NCBI GenBank assembly: GCA_045641465.1
Contig: JAZUGW010000118.1
Coordinates: forward strand, 1-61,423
Source of the DNA: Kiritimatiellia bacterium
GTDB lineage: Bacteria; Verrucomicrobiota; Kiritimatiellia; RFP12; UBA1067
Direction: 5' to 3'
DNA: 61,423 nucleotides
Shown: positions 8,201 through 16,152 of the stretch, one piece after another
Layout of the letters: every line of letters begins with the position of its first letter
Position numbering within the stretch: position 1 is the stretch's first letter
Notes under the pieces: model-generated
Told to the model about the DNA's origin: nothing
Database searches by the model: none
Seen by the model: the letters and a program-made list of their open reading frames with translations, nothing else
Position numbers and translations under genes: made by a program

Positions 8201-9147
8201 GCGATCTCGATGCGGCGCTCACAGCAGCCGGCATCTCCACGACAGCCGCCCATGCGCATCCGCGCGCCGTCGTGCGCGTCACCGAGGACGCAAGCGACTT
8301 CTGGCCCTTCGGCACATTGCCGAAAAAGACGACCGACGCGCGAGCCGGCTGGGCGCTGGAACACTTCCCCGCACTTCACGACGACGGACCCGACAAAGGC
8401 GTGTCGCTGCAGCTGTCGGCCGATGCCGAAACTGCCGCCGCCGTGCATGCCGCCGGCGTGACGCGGCTCTGCCTGTTCGCCCTCGGGGAACGGGCGCGCA
8501 TTCCCTTCCGCCGCAAGTCGCTGCCGTTCGGCGCCCAGCTCTATCTCAAGTCGCTCAACTATGCCGACGAGCAAATCGCAAAGGACATCCTCGCCGGCGC
8601 CACGCGCGAAGCGTTCGTCCGCAACCAGCCGCCGATCCGCGACGCCGCCACCTTCGACCAGCGCCTCAAGCTCAAACGCAACGCCCTCGTCGAGACGCAG
8701 ATGGAAATGGCGAAGATCCTCGGCGAAGCCTATGCGTGCGCGGCGGAAATCGACAGCGCACTCGACGAGCTGAACGAGACGACCGCCGGCGCGATTCGCA
8801 CACAGCTCGCGTGGCTGCTCTATCCGGGCTTTCCGAAGAACGTGCCGCTCGCGCGTCTGCGCCACTACGCCCGCTACCTCAAGGGTGCGGCACGACGGGT
8901 CGAACGCGCGCGCACAAACCCCGCCGGCGATGCAACCAAAGAGGCGCTTTTCGCCCCCTACTGGATTCTCTACACGGATGCCGTACAGGGCAAGTCGTCC
9001 GTCAAGTTCGCACCGAAACCCCTCGCCGAATTCCGCTGGATGCTCGAGGAATATCGCGTCTCGCTCTTCGCCCAGGAACTCCACACGCCCGAACCCATCA
9101 GTCCCAAACGCCTCGACGCCAAACTCGCCGAAGCCGCAATCGACTGA
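5290..9147 (+). CDS. hrpA: ATP-dependent RNA helicase HrpA (DEAH-box)
   Basis: Walker A GDTGSGKTTQLP, DEAH box IIVDEAHERS, SATLD and QRAGRCGR motifs, plus the long HrpA-type C-terminal region. The ATG at 5290 (MSTYVPYPDAE) is preferred over the ORF-track start at 5161. Confidence 0.93.
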   Translation: MSTYVPYPDAELPAIDYAYPPELPVTAHRDEILAALARHPVVIVCGDTGSGKTTQLPKMALEALGAYGRVACTQPRRLAAVTMAARVAHELKGEVGALVGYQHRFARQVSRETRIKFMTDGVLLAETRTDPLLRAYDVIIVDEAHERSLNVDFLLGILTRILRRRRNLKVIVSSATLDVAHFSDFFGHAPVISVPGRLFPIDIQYRPPREDDELDLPRDVATAVATLPPKDDILVFLPGERDIRETADALSRLRTNDEIIPLLASLPAAEQQRAFRLSARRRIILATNVAETSVTIPGIRCVIDSGLARISRYIHRTQVQRLQIEPVSQASARQRAGRCGRLGPGICIRLYSEEDFNTRDAYTPPEVLRASLAGVILTMLDLRLGDVERFPFLDPPRPAMIHEGLRELLELGAIAHLRINSAARDPHDPDRPPETETRVVLTEIGRKLARIPIEPRLARMLLAASDNAILPTTLPLVAALACDDPRRRPVDAREQAAQAHAPFRVPGSDFLGTLKLWTWWQTQTAELSQAKARALAKRTYLSYPKMREWRDLVRQLTDLSKQLRLSFSETVGAKQDDTSARLHKSLLTGLLGRIGRFDPEERNYRGAHGLRFFLHPGSVLTKKDKRASSPTQPRPVNAHAPKPQAATAYPPWVMAGELVDTARLFARQAATLDPAWIEPVAGALCKHSYHSPEWDPQSGFVRATEQVVLYGLVIVPARRCDFSRVNLPLAREIFIRHALVLGDLPHPPPEGRANEALLDALRRRAEKARRPELFDAERLVAHFASVLPPEVASAPALRKWLARTDNATRARFRLKKSDWWLEADLNETDFPDAIRVGGVKMSLSYLNTPDDPETDGITCTVRKSDAAALRLWRADWLVPGALPEKLAYLISTLPSAQRRVLTPISDTVSGLLAHLKPGSEPLVDAVRHTIYEQWGFVIPAEAWQTLDLPPHLRVRFCIRDDANGRILACSRDLDAALTAAGISTTAAHAHPRAVVRVTEDASDFWPFGTLPKKTTDARAGWALEHFPALHDDGPDKGVSLQLSADAETAAAVHAAGVTRLCLFALGERARIPFRRKSLPFGAQLYLKSLNYADEQIAKDILAGATREAFVRNQPPIRDAATFDQRLKLKRNALVETQMEMAKILGEAYACAAEIDSALDELNETTAGAIRTQLAWLLYPGFPKNVPLARLRHYARYLKGAARRVERARTNPAGDATKEALFAPYWILYTDAVQGKSSVKFAPKPLAEFRWMLEEYRVSLFAQELHTPEPISPKRLDAKLAEAAID

Positions 9148-9208
9148 AGATTGAAGGTTTCCCCCTAGGGGACCAACGAGCAGAACCGACGATTTCCCAT
9201 ATGTTTAG

Positions 9209-12200
9209 CTAACGCACGAACACCGTGAAGCCGCGGAAGATGTAGAGACCATCGGTCTCGACAACCACCGAACAACGCGAAGCGCGCGTGGCACCAAACT
9301 TGACGGCTGGGATTTCATCCCACGCCATCAACCGCTCATTGTTCCGTACGTGACGTGAACCAAGATGAATCTGGATGGTGGTCGTCTCCTCGGCGTATTT
9401 CAGTGACTGTCCCTGCAGTTCGGTCGTCCGCGCGCTGAAGTCAATGCACGCGCCATCGAGCAACTGACACGGATAGAACGTATCCGTCACGGGTGTAAAT
9501 GTCTGCGCGACGCGCATCACCCCTTCACCAGCCAGCGCCTTGTCGGCCGGCTGCTGACTCGTATACCCGCCGAGAAGGATGTCCGAACAGCACACCGTGA
9601 GCGCGACATCGCGAATCTCAAGCGTGGTCGTTTCCGCATGGACATTGTGCGTCGACGCCGAGGCAGACGAATTGCCCAAATAGAAGAGACCGCCACCGCG
9701 CACGACAATCTTACCACCGCCTGTCACCGTGAGGTTGCCCATGTAGATCCCCTTCGAGCCCGCCGTCACGAGGTCCAACTGATGTCCGTTCATCTCAAGT
9801 GTACCCTGCGCCCAACCCGCGCCGACGAATCCCGCGCCATCGCAAATGATCGTCGAGTCCGCCGTCAACGCAACCTGCTGCAACCAATCGTATCCCTGCT
9901 GACTGCGGTTCGTCGTACTCTTGATCGTGCCACCCGCGAGTACGAAGCGCTCCAGACTCTGATTACCGTAGCCATCGAAGTCCACGGTTCCTTCCGGATC
10001 GATCGTGACATCGCCGCCGAAGCCGAAGAACGTCCCCGTACCCGCGAGCGCACGACGCACGGTGCCCTCGCGAATCTCCGTGCCACCGAGATAGGCCTGA
10101 TCGTTCTTTGCAAGCAGCAGCGTGCCCGCACCTTCCTTCACGAACTTCAGCGAGCCCTTCAGCAGAAGCGTTTCGGACCGCACCTCGGTATCTTCGGGCA
10201 CATCCAGATGGACCTCGCCCGCCGGACGTGCCGAGACGGCAGCCACAGGTTCGCCCGACAACGCCGCAGTACTGACGGTGCTCTCCGCCGTGAGGAACTC
10301 GCGCGTGCAGGTTTCATACAGGCCATACACGCCATCCGAGAGTCGCTTCGCCGGCACGAAGTTTCGCATGACCTTCAGGTTCTTCGAACGGATCTGGAAC
10401 GAATGGAGATCCATCTTCGCCCACGAGTTTCCATCGATGGAGAGGGTTCCCGTCTTACCGTTGTTCATACCGAAGATGATGAGCGAAAACAGGCCGTTGT
10501 CGTGTTTCGTTCCAGACACCGCCAAACTGCCACGGGTCAACCCATCGGCCGTCAACCAGCTGGCAGAAGTTTCGTTGCAGGTCAACGTCAGACGCTGGTT
10601 CGTCGGGAAATCAGTCGTCTTTTGGTAGGCATTCGCACGATGGTAGCTCACGTTCACAGCATCCTTATTGCCCGTGCAGAGGAAGAAGCTCGTGGCATTG
10701 TTAGCGTTACTGCCATTGTTACGCGTACCGAACACCACAGGGTAGGTCTTCGCCTGCGGGAAGATCGGATTGAAGTCAACGATGAAGGTGTCATACGCCT
10801 GAAAGAGATAGTGCGTATCCACCACCTGACGGCCATCGGCCGAGACGTAGTCCACAAACACGAACTCTTCGTTGACGGTATCCATGAGCGTTCCCGTACC
10901 CGCCAGCTGGGAGAGGTAGAGTTTGTGTCCATTCAGATTGATCGTCGAATTGATCGGCTGCAAGAGTCCTCGCCAATCGCAATCACCGCCGAGTGTCGCC
11001 GGGAAGACGATGCTGCGGCACGTGAAGGATGCGCCCACCGGACAGTTGAACACGCACCCGTCCGGCAGATCGACGAGCGTCAAACCCGTCGGCAAAACGC
11101 CCGGCAACCGCGTACCCTCGCTATTTTCACAAATCCAGCACGCAGGATCGTCCACAGCCGATTCGTCCGTTCCAATCCACGTCGCGTGTACCGGCACGGA
11201 CGGATCGTCATAGCGCAGCATCAGCGCACCCCCGCGAATCTCTGCAACCATTGAAGCTCCTTCAATGCGGATATTCGTAGGCCGACCGGAACCCGCCAAT
11301 CCCGAAGCGATGACCGCATACTCCCGTGTCAGGTCGGCCTCCGGATCAATCGTAACCGTCAACACAACAGGATTGTCCGCCGTCGCTTCCTCCAACACCA
11401 CCGAAGACGGCGCAAGGACATCGCAGCCCGTGGGCCCAATGTCGAACGTCAGATGCGCCCCGCCCTTCAGCGTGAGCGCCTGATCAATGCCGTAGGTCTT
11501 GGCCGTGCCATCCTGCAGCGAGAAATTACCACGATTCAAAGTGAGGGACGGGAAACGCGACGTGACACCGGACGCATCCACGCGATGAACACCCACCTTC
11601 TCGACGGCGGTCCAATTCTTGAGCAGGTCGTCCGTGAGCACGCCTTCATGGACACACAGCGTCGTCCCATTCGTCGTGTAGGCGCAGCCAAACCCAAAAT
11701 CGCCCGAGCTCGATTTCGCGTTGTTGTTGAACGACTGGCCCGTGATCAAATCGAAAAGCTTCACTTCACCATCCGCCATCCGATGCGGTTCGTAATCGTG
11801 CACAACCGTGCTATCCGACTTGACAATACGGAACGAATAGAGGTTGGCCGTCGCCCAGGAATTGCCGTCGAGTTCGCACCCATTCGCCGTACCCGTGTTG
11901 TTCAAACCGAAGATCACGATGGGGTTGTAGCCGCCCTCCTCTTTCGTCGGCGTCACACTGATTGATCCATTGACCTTTCCATCCATCGTCTGCCACGTCG
12001 CCTGGGTTGGTCCGCAGGTAAGGGTCATGCGCTTGTTCGCCGGGAAATTCCCCGAGCCGCCCGTGAAGTTCGTTCCGCCCGAGCGTGTATAGCCGGCTTT
12101 CGGCTCTGTCTTCGAGTTGCTGGACATGAAGAAACTCGTCGCATTCACCGAATTGTTTCCACTCTTGCGCGCACCGAAGATGTTCGGATAGATTTTCGCT

Positions 12201-13015
12201 TGAGGGAACACCGCCGTGAAGTCGGCAATGAACGTATCGTCAAAAGCATGGAGGTAGCCCGTGTTGATGGCCTGCGTACCCGTCGCGGACATGTAGTCGA
12301 CTAGCGTTTCCTCCTCCTCGACGTCCGAACCAAACAGACGGCGCGTCCCGCGATTCCCGTGGAACTTGCCTTCGACTTCATCCCACAGCCCCGCTTCGCC
12401 ATCTGCGTATCGCCGACACGGAATGAATGAACGGCGCACCGTGCCATCCCCTCCGGTAATCTTAAACGAGTAGATCGTCGCACACGAGGGGGAGTTGCCA
12501 TCGGGCGAAAAACCCGTCGCCGAGGTCACATTGTTCAGACCGAAAATCATCAACGAACTGTTTCCACCTTCGTGCTTCGTCGGCGTGATCTCGACACGGC
12601 CGGTCTGTTCACCCCCGGCCGTGGCCCAAGCCACACCCGTTTCCGTGAACGTCATCGTTACGCGCTGATCCACCGGGAAGCCTTCCAAAAGGCCATTCGT
12701 GCCGTCACGATAATAGCGAACGGTCGGCGTTGTTTTGGAGTTCGCTGCGAGGAACAAGGCAATCGCATGATCAGTATTGTTGCCCTTGCGCGTACCGAAG
12801 AGATTGGCATACGTCCGCGTCTGCGGAAAGTTCACACTACAGTCGACTTCGAAAATATCGTCGGCCGCAAACACATACTCCGCATCGAGGTATTGGTACC
12901 CTGTCGCCTGAATCCACTCGAGACGCGCATATTCGCTCGGCAGCGGAATCAGATCACCCCACGCGGACCCCAGCGTCAGCAGCCCGACAATCACCATTCC
13001 AGCAAACTTTTTCAT
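9209..13015 (-). CDS. Large secreted protein: three copies of a ~195-aa module followed by autotransporter-associated beta-strand (PATR-type) repeats
   Basis: ATG at 13015 (MKKFAGMVIVGLLTLGSAWG) is preceded by GAGGAAAAGG; the ORF-track start at 13030 is a TTG. Modules at roughly 12335..12934, 11720..12301 and 10286..10858 share Y(I/M/V)xAxGxQ...FGxR...IFG(L/M)NN...YSF(K/R)I...GL(W/Y/F)D. KFVKEGAGTLLLAKNDQAYLGGTEIREGTV is PATR-like. Confidence 0.85.
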   Translation of the reverse strand: MKKFAGMVIVGLLTLGSAWGDLIPLPSEYARLEWIQATGYQYLDAEYVFAADDIFEVDCSVNFPQTRTYANLFGTRKGNNTDHAIALFLAANSKTTPTVRYYRDGTNGLLEGFPVDQRVTMTFTETGVAWATAGGEQTGRVEITPTKHEGGNSSLMIFGLNNVTSATGFSPDGNSPSCATIYSFKITGGDGTVRRSFIPCRRYADGEAGLWDEVEGKFHGNRGTRRLFGSDVEEEETLVDYMSATGTQAINTGYLHAFDDTFIADFTAVFPQAKIYPNIFGARKSGNNSVNATSFFMSSNSKTEPKAGYTRSGGTNFTGGSGNFPANKRMTLTCGPTQATWQTMDGKVNGSISVTPTKEEGGYNPIVIFGLNNTGTANGCELDGNSWATANLYSFRIVKSDSTVVHDYEPHRMADGEVKLFDLITGQSFNNNAKSSSGDFGFGCAYTTNGTTLCVHEGVLTDDLLKNWTAVEKVGVHRVDASGVTSRFPSLTLNRGNFSLQDGTAKTYGIDQALTLKGGAHLTFDIGPTGCDVLAPSSVVLEEATADNPVVLTVTIDPEADLTREYAVIASGLAGSGRPTNIRIEGASMVAEIRGGALMLRYDDPSVPVHATWIGTDESAVDDPACWICENSEGTRLPGVLPTGLTLVDLPDGCVFNCPVGASFTCRSIVFPATLGGDCDWRGLLQPINSTINLNGHKLYLSQLAGTGTLMDTVNEEFVFVDYVSADGRQVVDTHYLFQAYDTFIVDFNPIFPQAKTYPVVFGTRNNGSNANNATSFFLCTGNKDAVNVSYHRANAYQKTTDFPTNQRLTLTCNETSASWLTADGLTRGSLAVSGTKHDNGLFSLIIFGMNNGKTGTLSIDGNSWAKMDLHSFQIRSKNLKVMRNFVPAKRLSDGVYGLYETCTREFLTAESTVSTAALSGEPVAAVSARPAGEVHLDVPEDTEVRSETLLLKGSLKFVKEGAGTLLLAKNDQAYLGGTEIREGTVRRALAGTGTFFGFGGDVTIDPEGTVDFDGYGNQSLERFVLAGGTIKSTTNRSQQGYDWLQQVALTADSTIICDGAGFVGAGWAQGTLEMNGHQLDLVTAGSKGIYMGNLTVTGGGKIVVRGGGLFYLGNSSASASTHNVHAETTTLEIRDVALTVCCSDILLGGYTSQQPADKALAGEGVMRVAQTFTPVTDTFYPCQLLDGACIDFSARTTELQGQSLKYAEETTTIQIHLGSRHVRNNERLMAWDEIPAVKFGATRASRCSVVVETDGLYIFRGFTVFVR

Positions 13016-13016
13016 C

Positions 13017-13044
13017 GTCCTTTTCCTCAAGTCCTTTTCCTCAA
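13017..13044. repeat. Perfect 14-nt tandem duplication covering the Shine-Dalgarno region of the 9209..13015 gene
   Basis: GTCCTTTTCCTCAA occurs at 13017..13030 and again at 13031..13044. On the minus strand this reads TTGAGGAAAAGGAC x2, then G, then ATG. Confidence 0.8.
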
Positions 13045-13106
13045 AGAGATAATTACCAAAAACTCTAACACGGTACCGGCGACCATGCCGCCCGACATGA
13101 AACCCT

Positions 13107-13316
13107 TCACCGACGCATCACGTAGCAAGAGAAGCAATACGAAGACATTATCGCATTTCCCCAATTGGAACGCAAGCAGAATGTCGAATTTTTGAAAATT
13201 ATCAGTCTGTCCAACATAATGTTTAAGAAACTAATAATTGTCCCGATGACAAACCAACGTAAAATCCAACCATCCGTAGATATCCATGCCATCTGTTGAC
13301 GACTCGGCCGCTTCAT
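13107..13316 (-). CDS. Hypothetical 69-aa single-pass membrane protein in an AT-rich islet
   Basis: GGAGGTGG, 2-nt spacer (AA), ATG at 13316; MKRPSRQQMAWISTDGWILRWFVIGTIISFLNIMLDRLIIF... has one hydrophobic helix. No recognisable family, and GC is clearly lower than the surroundings. Confidence 0.35.
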   Translation of the reverse strand: MKRPSRQQMAWISTDGWILRWFVIGTIISFLNIMLDRLIIFKNSTFCLRSNWGNAIMSSYCFSCYVMRR

Positions 13317-13342
13317 TTCCACCTCCGACACGCGACCTCCCA

Positions 13343-13371
13343 ACTCTACACTCTGCACTTTCCATTCTCAA
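13343..13371 (-). promoter_or_regulatory. Candidate promoter for the small ORF and the large PATR gene
   Basis: Minus strand: TTGAGA (13371..13366), 17-nt spacer, TAGAGT (13348..13343). Confidence 0.35.
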
Positions 13372-13373
13372 CT

Positions 13374-13407
13374 AAAAACAAAGGCCCCGAACCTTGCGGT
13401 TCGAGAC
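13374..13407 (-). terminator. Rho-independent terminator after the bS22-like gene
   Basis: Minus strand: CUCGAACC GCAA GGUUCGGG (8 bp including one G-U pair), then GCCTTTGTTTTT. Confidence 0.6.
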
Positions 13408-13430
13408 CTCTCGCAAAAGCCGCGATGGGC

Positions 13431-13520
13431 TTATTTGCTCTTATGACGCATCGCCTTCATACGCTTGTCGTATTTATGCTTCGACATTTTTTTCCGGCGT
13501 TTTTTCTTGATGGAACCCAT
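13431..13520 (-). CDS. 29-aa lysine/arginine-rich protein resembling ribosomal protein bS22 (absent from the ORF track)
   Basis: AAGGAGG, 6 nt, ATG at 13520; MGSIKKKRRKKMSKHKYDKRMKAMRHKSK, stop TAA at 13433..13431. It resembles mycobacterial/Bacteroidota bS22 ([21 protein letters not shown]...) and is followed by a terminator. Confidence 0.75.
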   Translation of the reverse strand: MGSIKKKRRKKMSKHKYDKRMKAMRHKSK

Positions 13521-13567
13521 CGTGGACCTCCTTTTGAGATTTGAGTTCGCCGTTCTCGGTTCACACC

Positions 13568-13602
13568 TTGAACTTTGAACCGTGAACTTTGAACTTAGAA
13601 AA
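13568..13602. repeat. Short heptanucleotide array D: about 5 units, consensus TTGAACT
   Basis: ttgaact ttgaacc gtgaact ttgaact tagaaaa, spanning the hisG stop codon (13595..13597). Confidence 0.6.
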
Positions 13603-14464
13603 TGATCTTGTTAAGCGGCAATTCAATGATACCCGTTGCACCCGCAGCCTTGAGCACCGGCACGAGGTCGCGCACCTGGCGCTCCTCGACCACGCTCTCC
13701 ACCGCAAACCAGCCTTCGTCATTCAGCTTGTTGACCGTCGGCGCGTGAAGAGCCGGCAGCGCCGCCACGATCTTCTCGAGCTTCTTCGCCGGCGCGTTGA
13801 GCTTGAGCAGCACGCGCTTCTGCGCTTCGAGCGCCGCAAGAAGCAGCATCTTCAGCTGTTCGATCTTCGCCTTCTTCTCCTTGTTCTTCATCGCCTTCTT
13901 GTTGGCGATCAGACGCGTGGTCGACGTGAGAATCGTATCGACGATACGCAGGTTGTTCGCACGCAGCGAACTACCCGTCTCCGTGAGGTCGACGATCGCG
14001 TCCACGAGCTCCGGCGCCTTGACTTCCGTCGCGCCCCAGCTGAACTCCACATCGGCCTTCACACCGTTCTTCTTGAGATAGCGCTTGACGATGCCCAGCG
14101 CTTCCGTCGAAATCCGCTTGCCCTGAAGATCCTTGACCGTCTTCACCTTCGAGTCGTTCGGCACCGCGAGCACCCAACGCACCGGATTCGAGGTCGCCTT
14201 CGAATAGCTGAGCTCGCACACGTCCTCAACGTCGGACCCGTTCTCGTACACCCAGTCCCATCCGCAGATGCCGGCATCCAGAAGCCCGAGCTCGACATAG
14301 CGGCTCATTTCCTGCGGGCGCAGCAAACGACACTTGATCTCCTCGTCGTCGATCGAAGGATAATACGAACGAGACGAGCACGAAACATTGAACCCCGCGC
14401 GCTTGAACAGCGCGAAGGTCGATTCCTGAAGACTGCCCTTCGGCAGGCCGAGAACAATTGCCAT
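13595..14464 (-). CDS. hisG: ATP phosphoribosyltransferase, long form
   Basis: 289 aa; MAIVLGLPKGSLQESTFALFKRAGF...RLLRPQEMSRYVELGLLDAGICGWDWV...VDLTETGSSLRANNLR is typical HisG with a C-terminal regulatory domain. Confidence 0.95.
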   Translation of the reverse strand: MAIVLGLPKGSLQESTFALFKRAGFNVSCSSRSYYPSIDDEEIKCRLLRPQEMSRYVELGLLDAGICGWDWVYENGSDVEDVCELSYSKATSNPVRWVLAVPNDSKVKTVKDLQGKRISTEALGIVKRYLKKNGVKADVEFSWGATEVKAPELVDAIVDLTETGSSLRANNLRIVDTILTSTTRLIANKKAMKNKEKKAKIEQLKMLLLAALEAQKRVLLKLNAPAKKLEKIVAALPALHAPTVNKLNDEGWFAVESVVEERQVRDLVPVLKAAGATGIIELPLNKIIF

Positions 14465-14494
14465 GTTTACTTTTTCTCCGTTGGTTAAAGCCTT

Positions 14495-14523
14495 ATTATA
14501 TCAAAAAGACGGACATCTGGCAA
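14495..14523 (-). promoter_or_regulatory. Sigma70-type promoter for hisG
   Basis: Minus strand: TTGCCA (14523..14518), 17-nt spacer, TATAAT (14500..14495), followed by a 5' UTR containing GGAGA. Confidence 0.55.
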
Positions 14524-14574
14524 CTATCAGTTGTTTGAACGCATGAATTCTTTAAAATTCGCCGAAAAACGCCG

Positions 14575-16152
14575 TCAACGAAAGAGTCCGAGCCGAAGGA
14601 GGGGCAGGATGCGCTGGGCGAGCGTCTGGTCGAGGTCGAAGAGCGCAACCCCCGCGACACCGGCCCGCCGGGCGGCATTGACCTGGTCGATCACCTGGCT
14701 CGGCGTGAGCCGGCTTTCGTTCGCCGTCACGCCAATGCCCGAAATGACATGCCGCGCCTGACGGGGCGTGCGCGCCTGACGCGCGAGAAGCGCGGACAAG
14801 GTGTTCGTGTCCTCGACGTAGTTCATCGGCACGATGTAGTCCACAAGCCCCTTCACCAACCACGCCTCCCAGTCCTGTCCCACCACGGTGACGCACGAGG
14901 GATAGCGCGGCAGAACCGCCGCCGTCAGCCAGAGGCGCGGCTGCTTCTTGCGCAGACGCGTCCGTGCCGCCGCAAGAAACTGTTCGACGAACCGCGCCGC
15001 CTGCGGAGGTTTCGCCGCCTTCTCATACCATCGGACAAAATCGAGGTGGACACCGGCGAGCCCCTCTTTCGCCGCCAGCTCGTCGAGGACCGTCAGCAGG
15101 TGCCACCGCACGTCGGCATGGGACGGATCGAGATAGGGCGTGAGACGTCCGGACGTATCTTTGAGCCGCCATCCCTTGCGTGCCAGAAGCGCGAGCCGCG
15201 CCGATGTCGCACGCGTCGTGTTGAAGCAGAGAATCCACGCATGCACCCGAATGCCCGTTCCGCGCGCGGCCGCAAGACATGCCGCCAGCTGGTCGCCCCG
15301 CGTCTGGCAGACCGAAGAAACCGGCAGCACGCGCGAGGCATAATGCGCAAAACCCGCGCCGGCGACATTGACGAAGAGGTCCGTCACGCCGTTCGCCTTC
15401 AGAAGACGGATCGTCCGAGGCCAGTCCCCCGGATAGAGACCCTCGCCCGAATGGTCCCAGACGGCGTGGATTTCACCTGCGCGCGGCTTCTGCACCTGCG
15501 CCTTCGCGCGTTCGGCGGCCCGGCGCGCCTTCTGCTTCGCCTCCCAGGTCGCCACCGCGCGCCGTCCCGGCACGCCGACATCGACGAACGCGAGCAACCG
15601 GCGGATCTTCGTTTCCTCTTCGTCGTCCGACGTAAAGAAATTCGCGCTCCACCAGCCGCCGACCGCCGGCACCACGGAAACAGGCCATGTGCGCGGCGAA
15701 GCCGTCCGCGTACACGCCACCTTCATCAGCGCCGCAAGAGACGGCGAATAGGACTGCAGGACGGCAATTTTCCCCCCGCGCGTCCGAAAGGCATTCAACG
15801 CCGCCAGCTGGGTGGCGCTCGGCGTCTGACACGTCACGAGATAGATGAGCTTGCGTCCCGCCAGCTCGCGCGCGAGCGCACCGTCTCCTACGAGATCCGC
15901 CGTCACGCCGCCTTCGGCCAGACTGCGCTGCGTCCACTTCGCCCGCGACGCCGCATACCCGCGGTCCGCCACCGCACACGCACTCGTCGCCTGCACCACG
16001 GCAATGGGATTCTTCGGGGGCGCTATTTTGCCCCATACGGGCCAAGCGAGAAATGAAAAGAGAAGAACGAGGAGCGCCGACAGGGCACCACGCGACAGGC
16101 GACAGCCGACATGTCGCAGAAAACCCCTAAAAGAATGGAACACATTCTCCAT
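14575..16152 (-). CDS. YddW/GHL10-like (DUF187) glycoside-hydrolase-like lipoprotein family
   Basis: AVWDHSGEGLYPGDWPRTIRLLKANGVTDLFVNV...GIRVHAWILCFN...GVHLDFVRWY resembles the YddW family. The start is uncertain because the ORF N-terminus is a translation of heptamer array E. I chose the ATG at 16152 (MENVFHSF...). Confidence 0.75.
   Translation of the reverse strand: MENVFHSFRGFLRHVGCRLSRGALSALLVLLFSFLAWPVWGKIAPPKNPIAVVQATSACAVADRGYAASRAKWTQRSLAEGGVTADLVGDGALARELAGRKLIYLVTCQTPSATQLAALNAFRTRGGKIAVLQSYSPSLAALMKVACTRTASPRTWPVSVVPAVGGWWSANFFTSDDEEETKIRRLLAFVDVGVPGRRAVATWEAKQKARRAAERAKAQVQKPRAGEIHAVWDHSGEGLYPGDWPRTIRLLKANGVTDLFVNVAGAGFAHYASRVLPVSSVCQTRGDQLAACLAAARGTGIRVHAWILCFNTTRATSARLALLARKGWRLKDTSGRLTPYLDPSHADVRWHLLTVLDELAAKEGLAGVHLDFVRWYEKAAKPPQAARFVEQFLAAARTRLRKKQPRLWLTAAVLPRYPSCVTVVGQDWEAWLVKGLVDYIVPMNYVEDTNTLSALLARQARTPRQARHVISGIGVTANESRLTPSQVIDQVNAARRAGVAGVALFDLDQTLAQRILPLLRLGLFR

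Noticed and set aside
9150-9175. Palindrome TTTCCCCCTAGGGGAC between the convergent hrpA and PATR genes as a bidirectional terminator
   Set aside because: The CCCC/GGGG stem leaves almost no loop (CTAG core) and has no flanking T/A tracts. This is too weak to call.
13385-13410. GGTTCGAG motif resembling a tRNA T-loop
   Set aside because: No acceptor stem, D-arm or anticodon arm can be drawn around it. It forms the 3' half of the terminator hairpin after the bS22-like gene.
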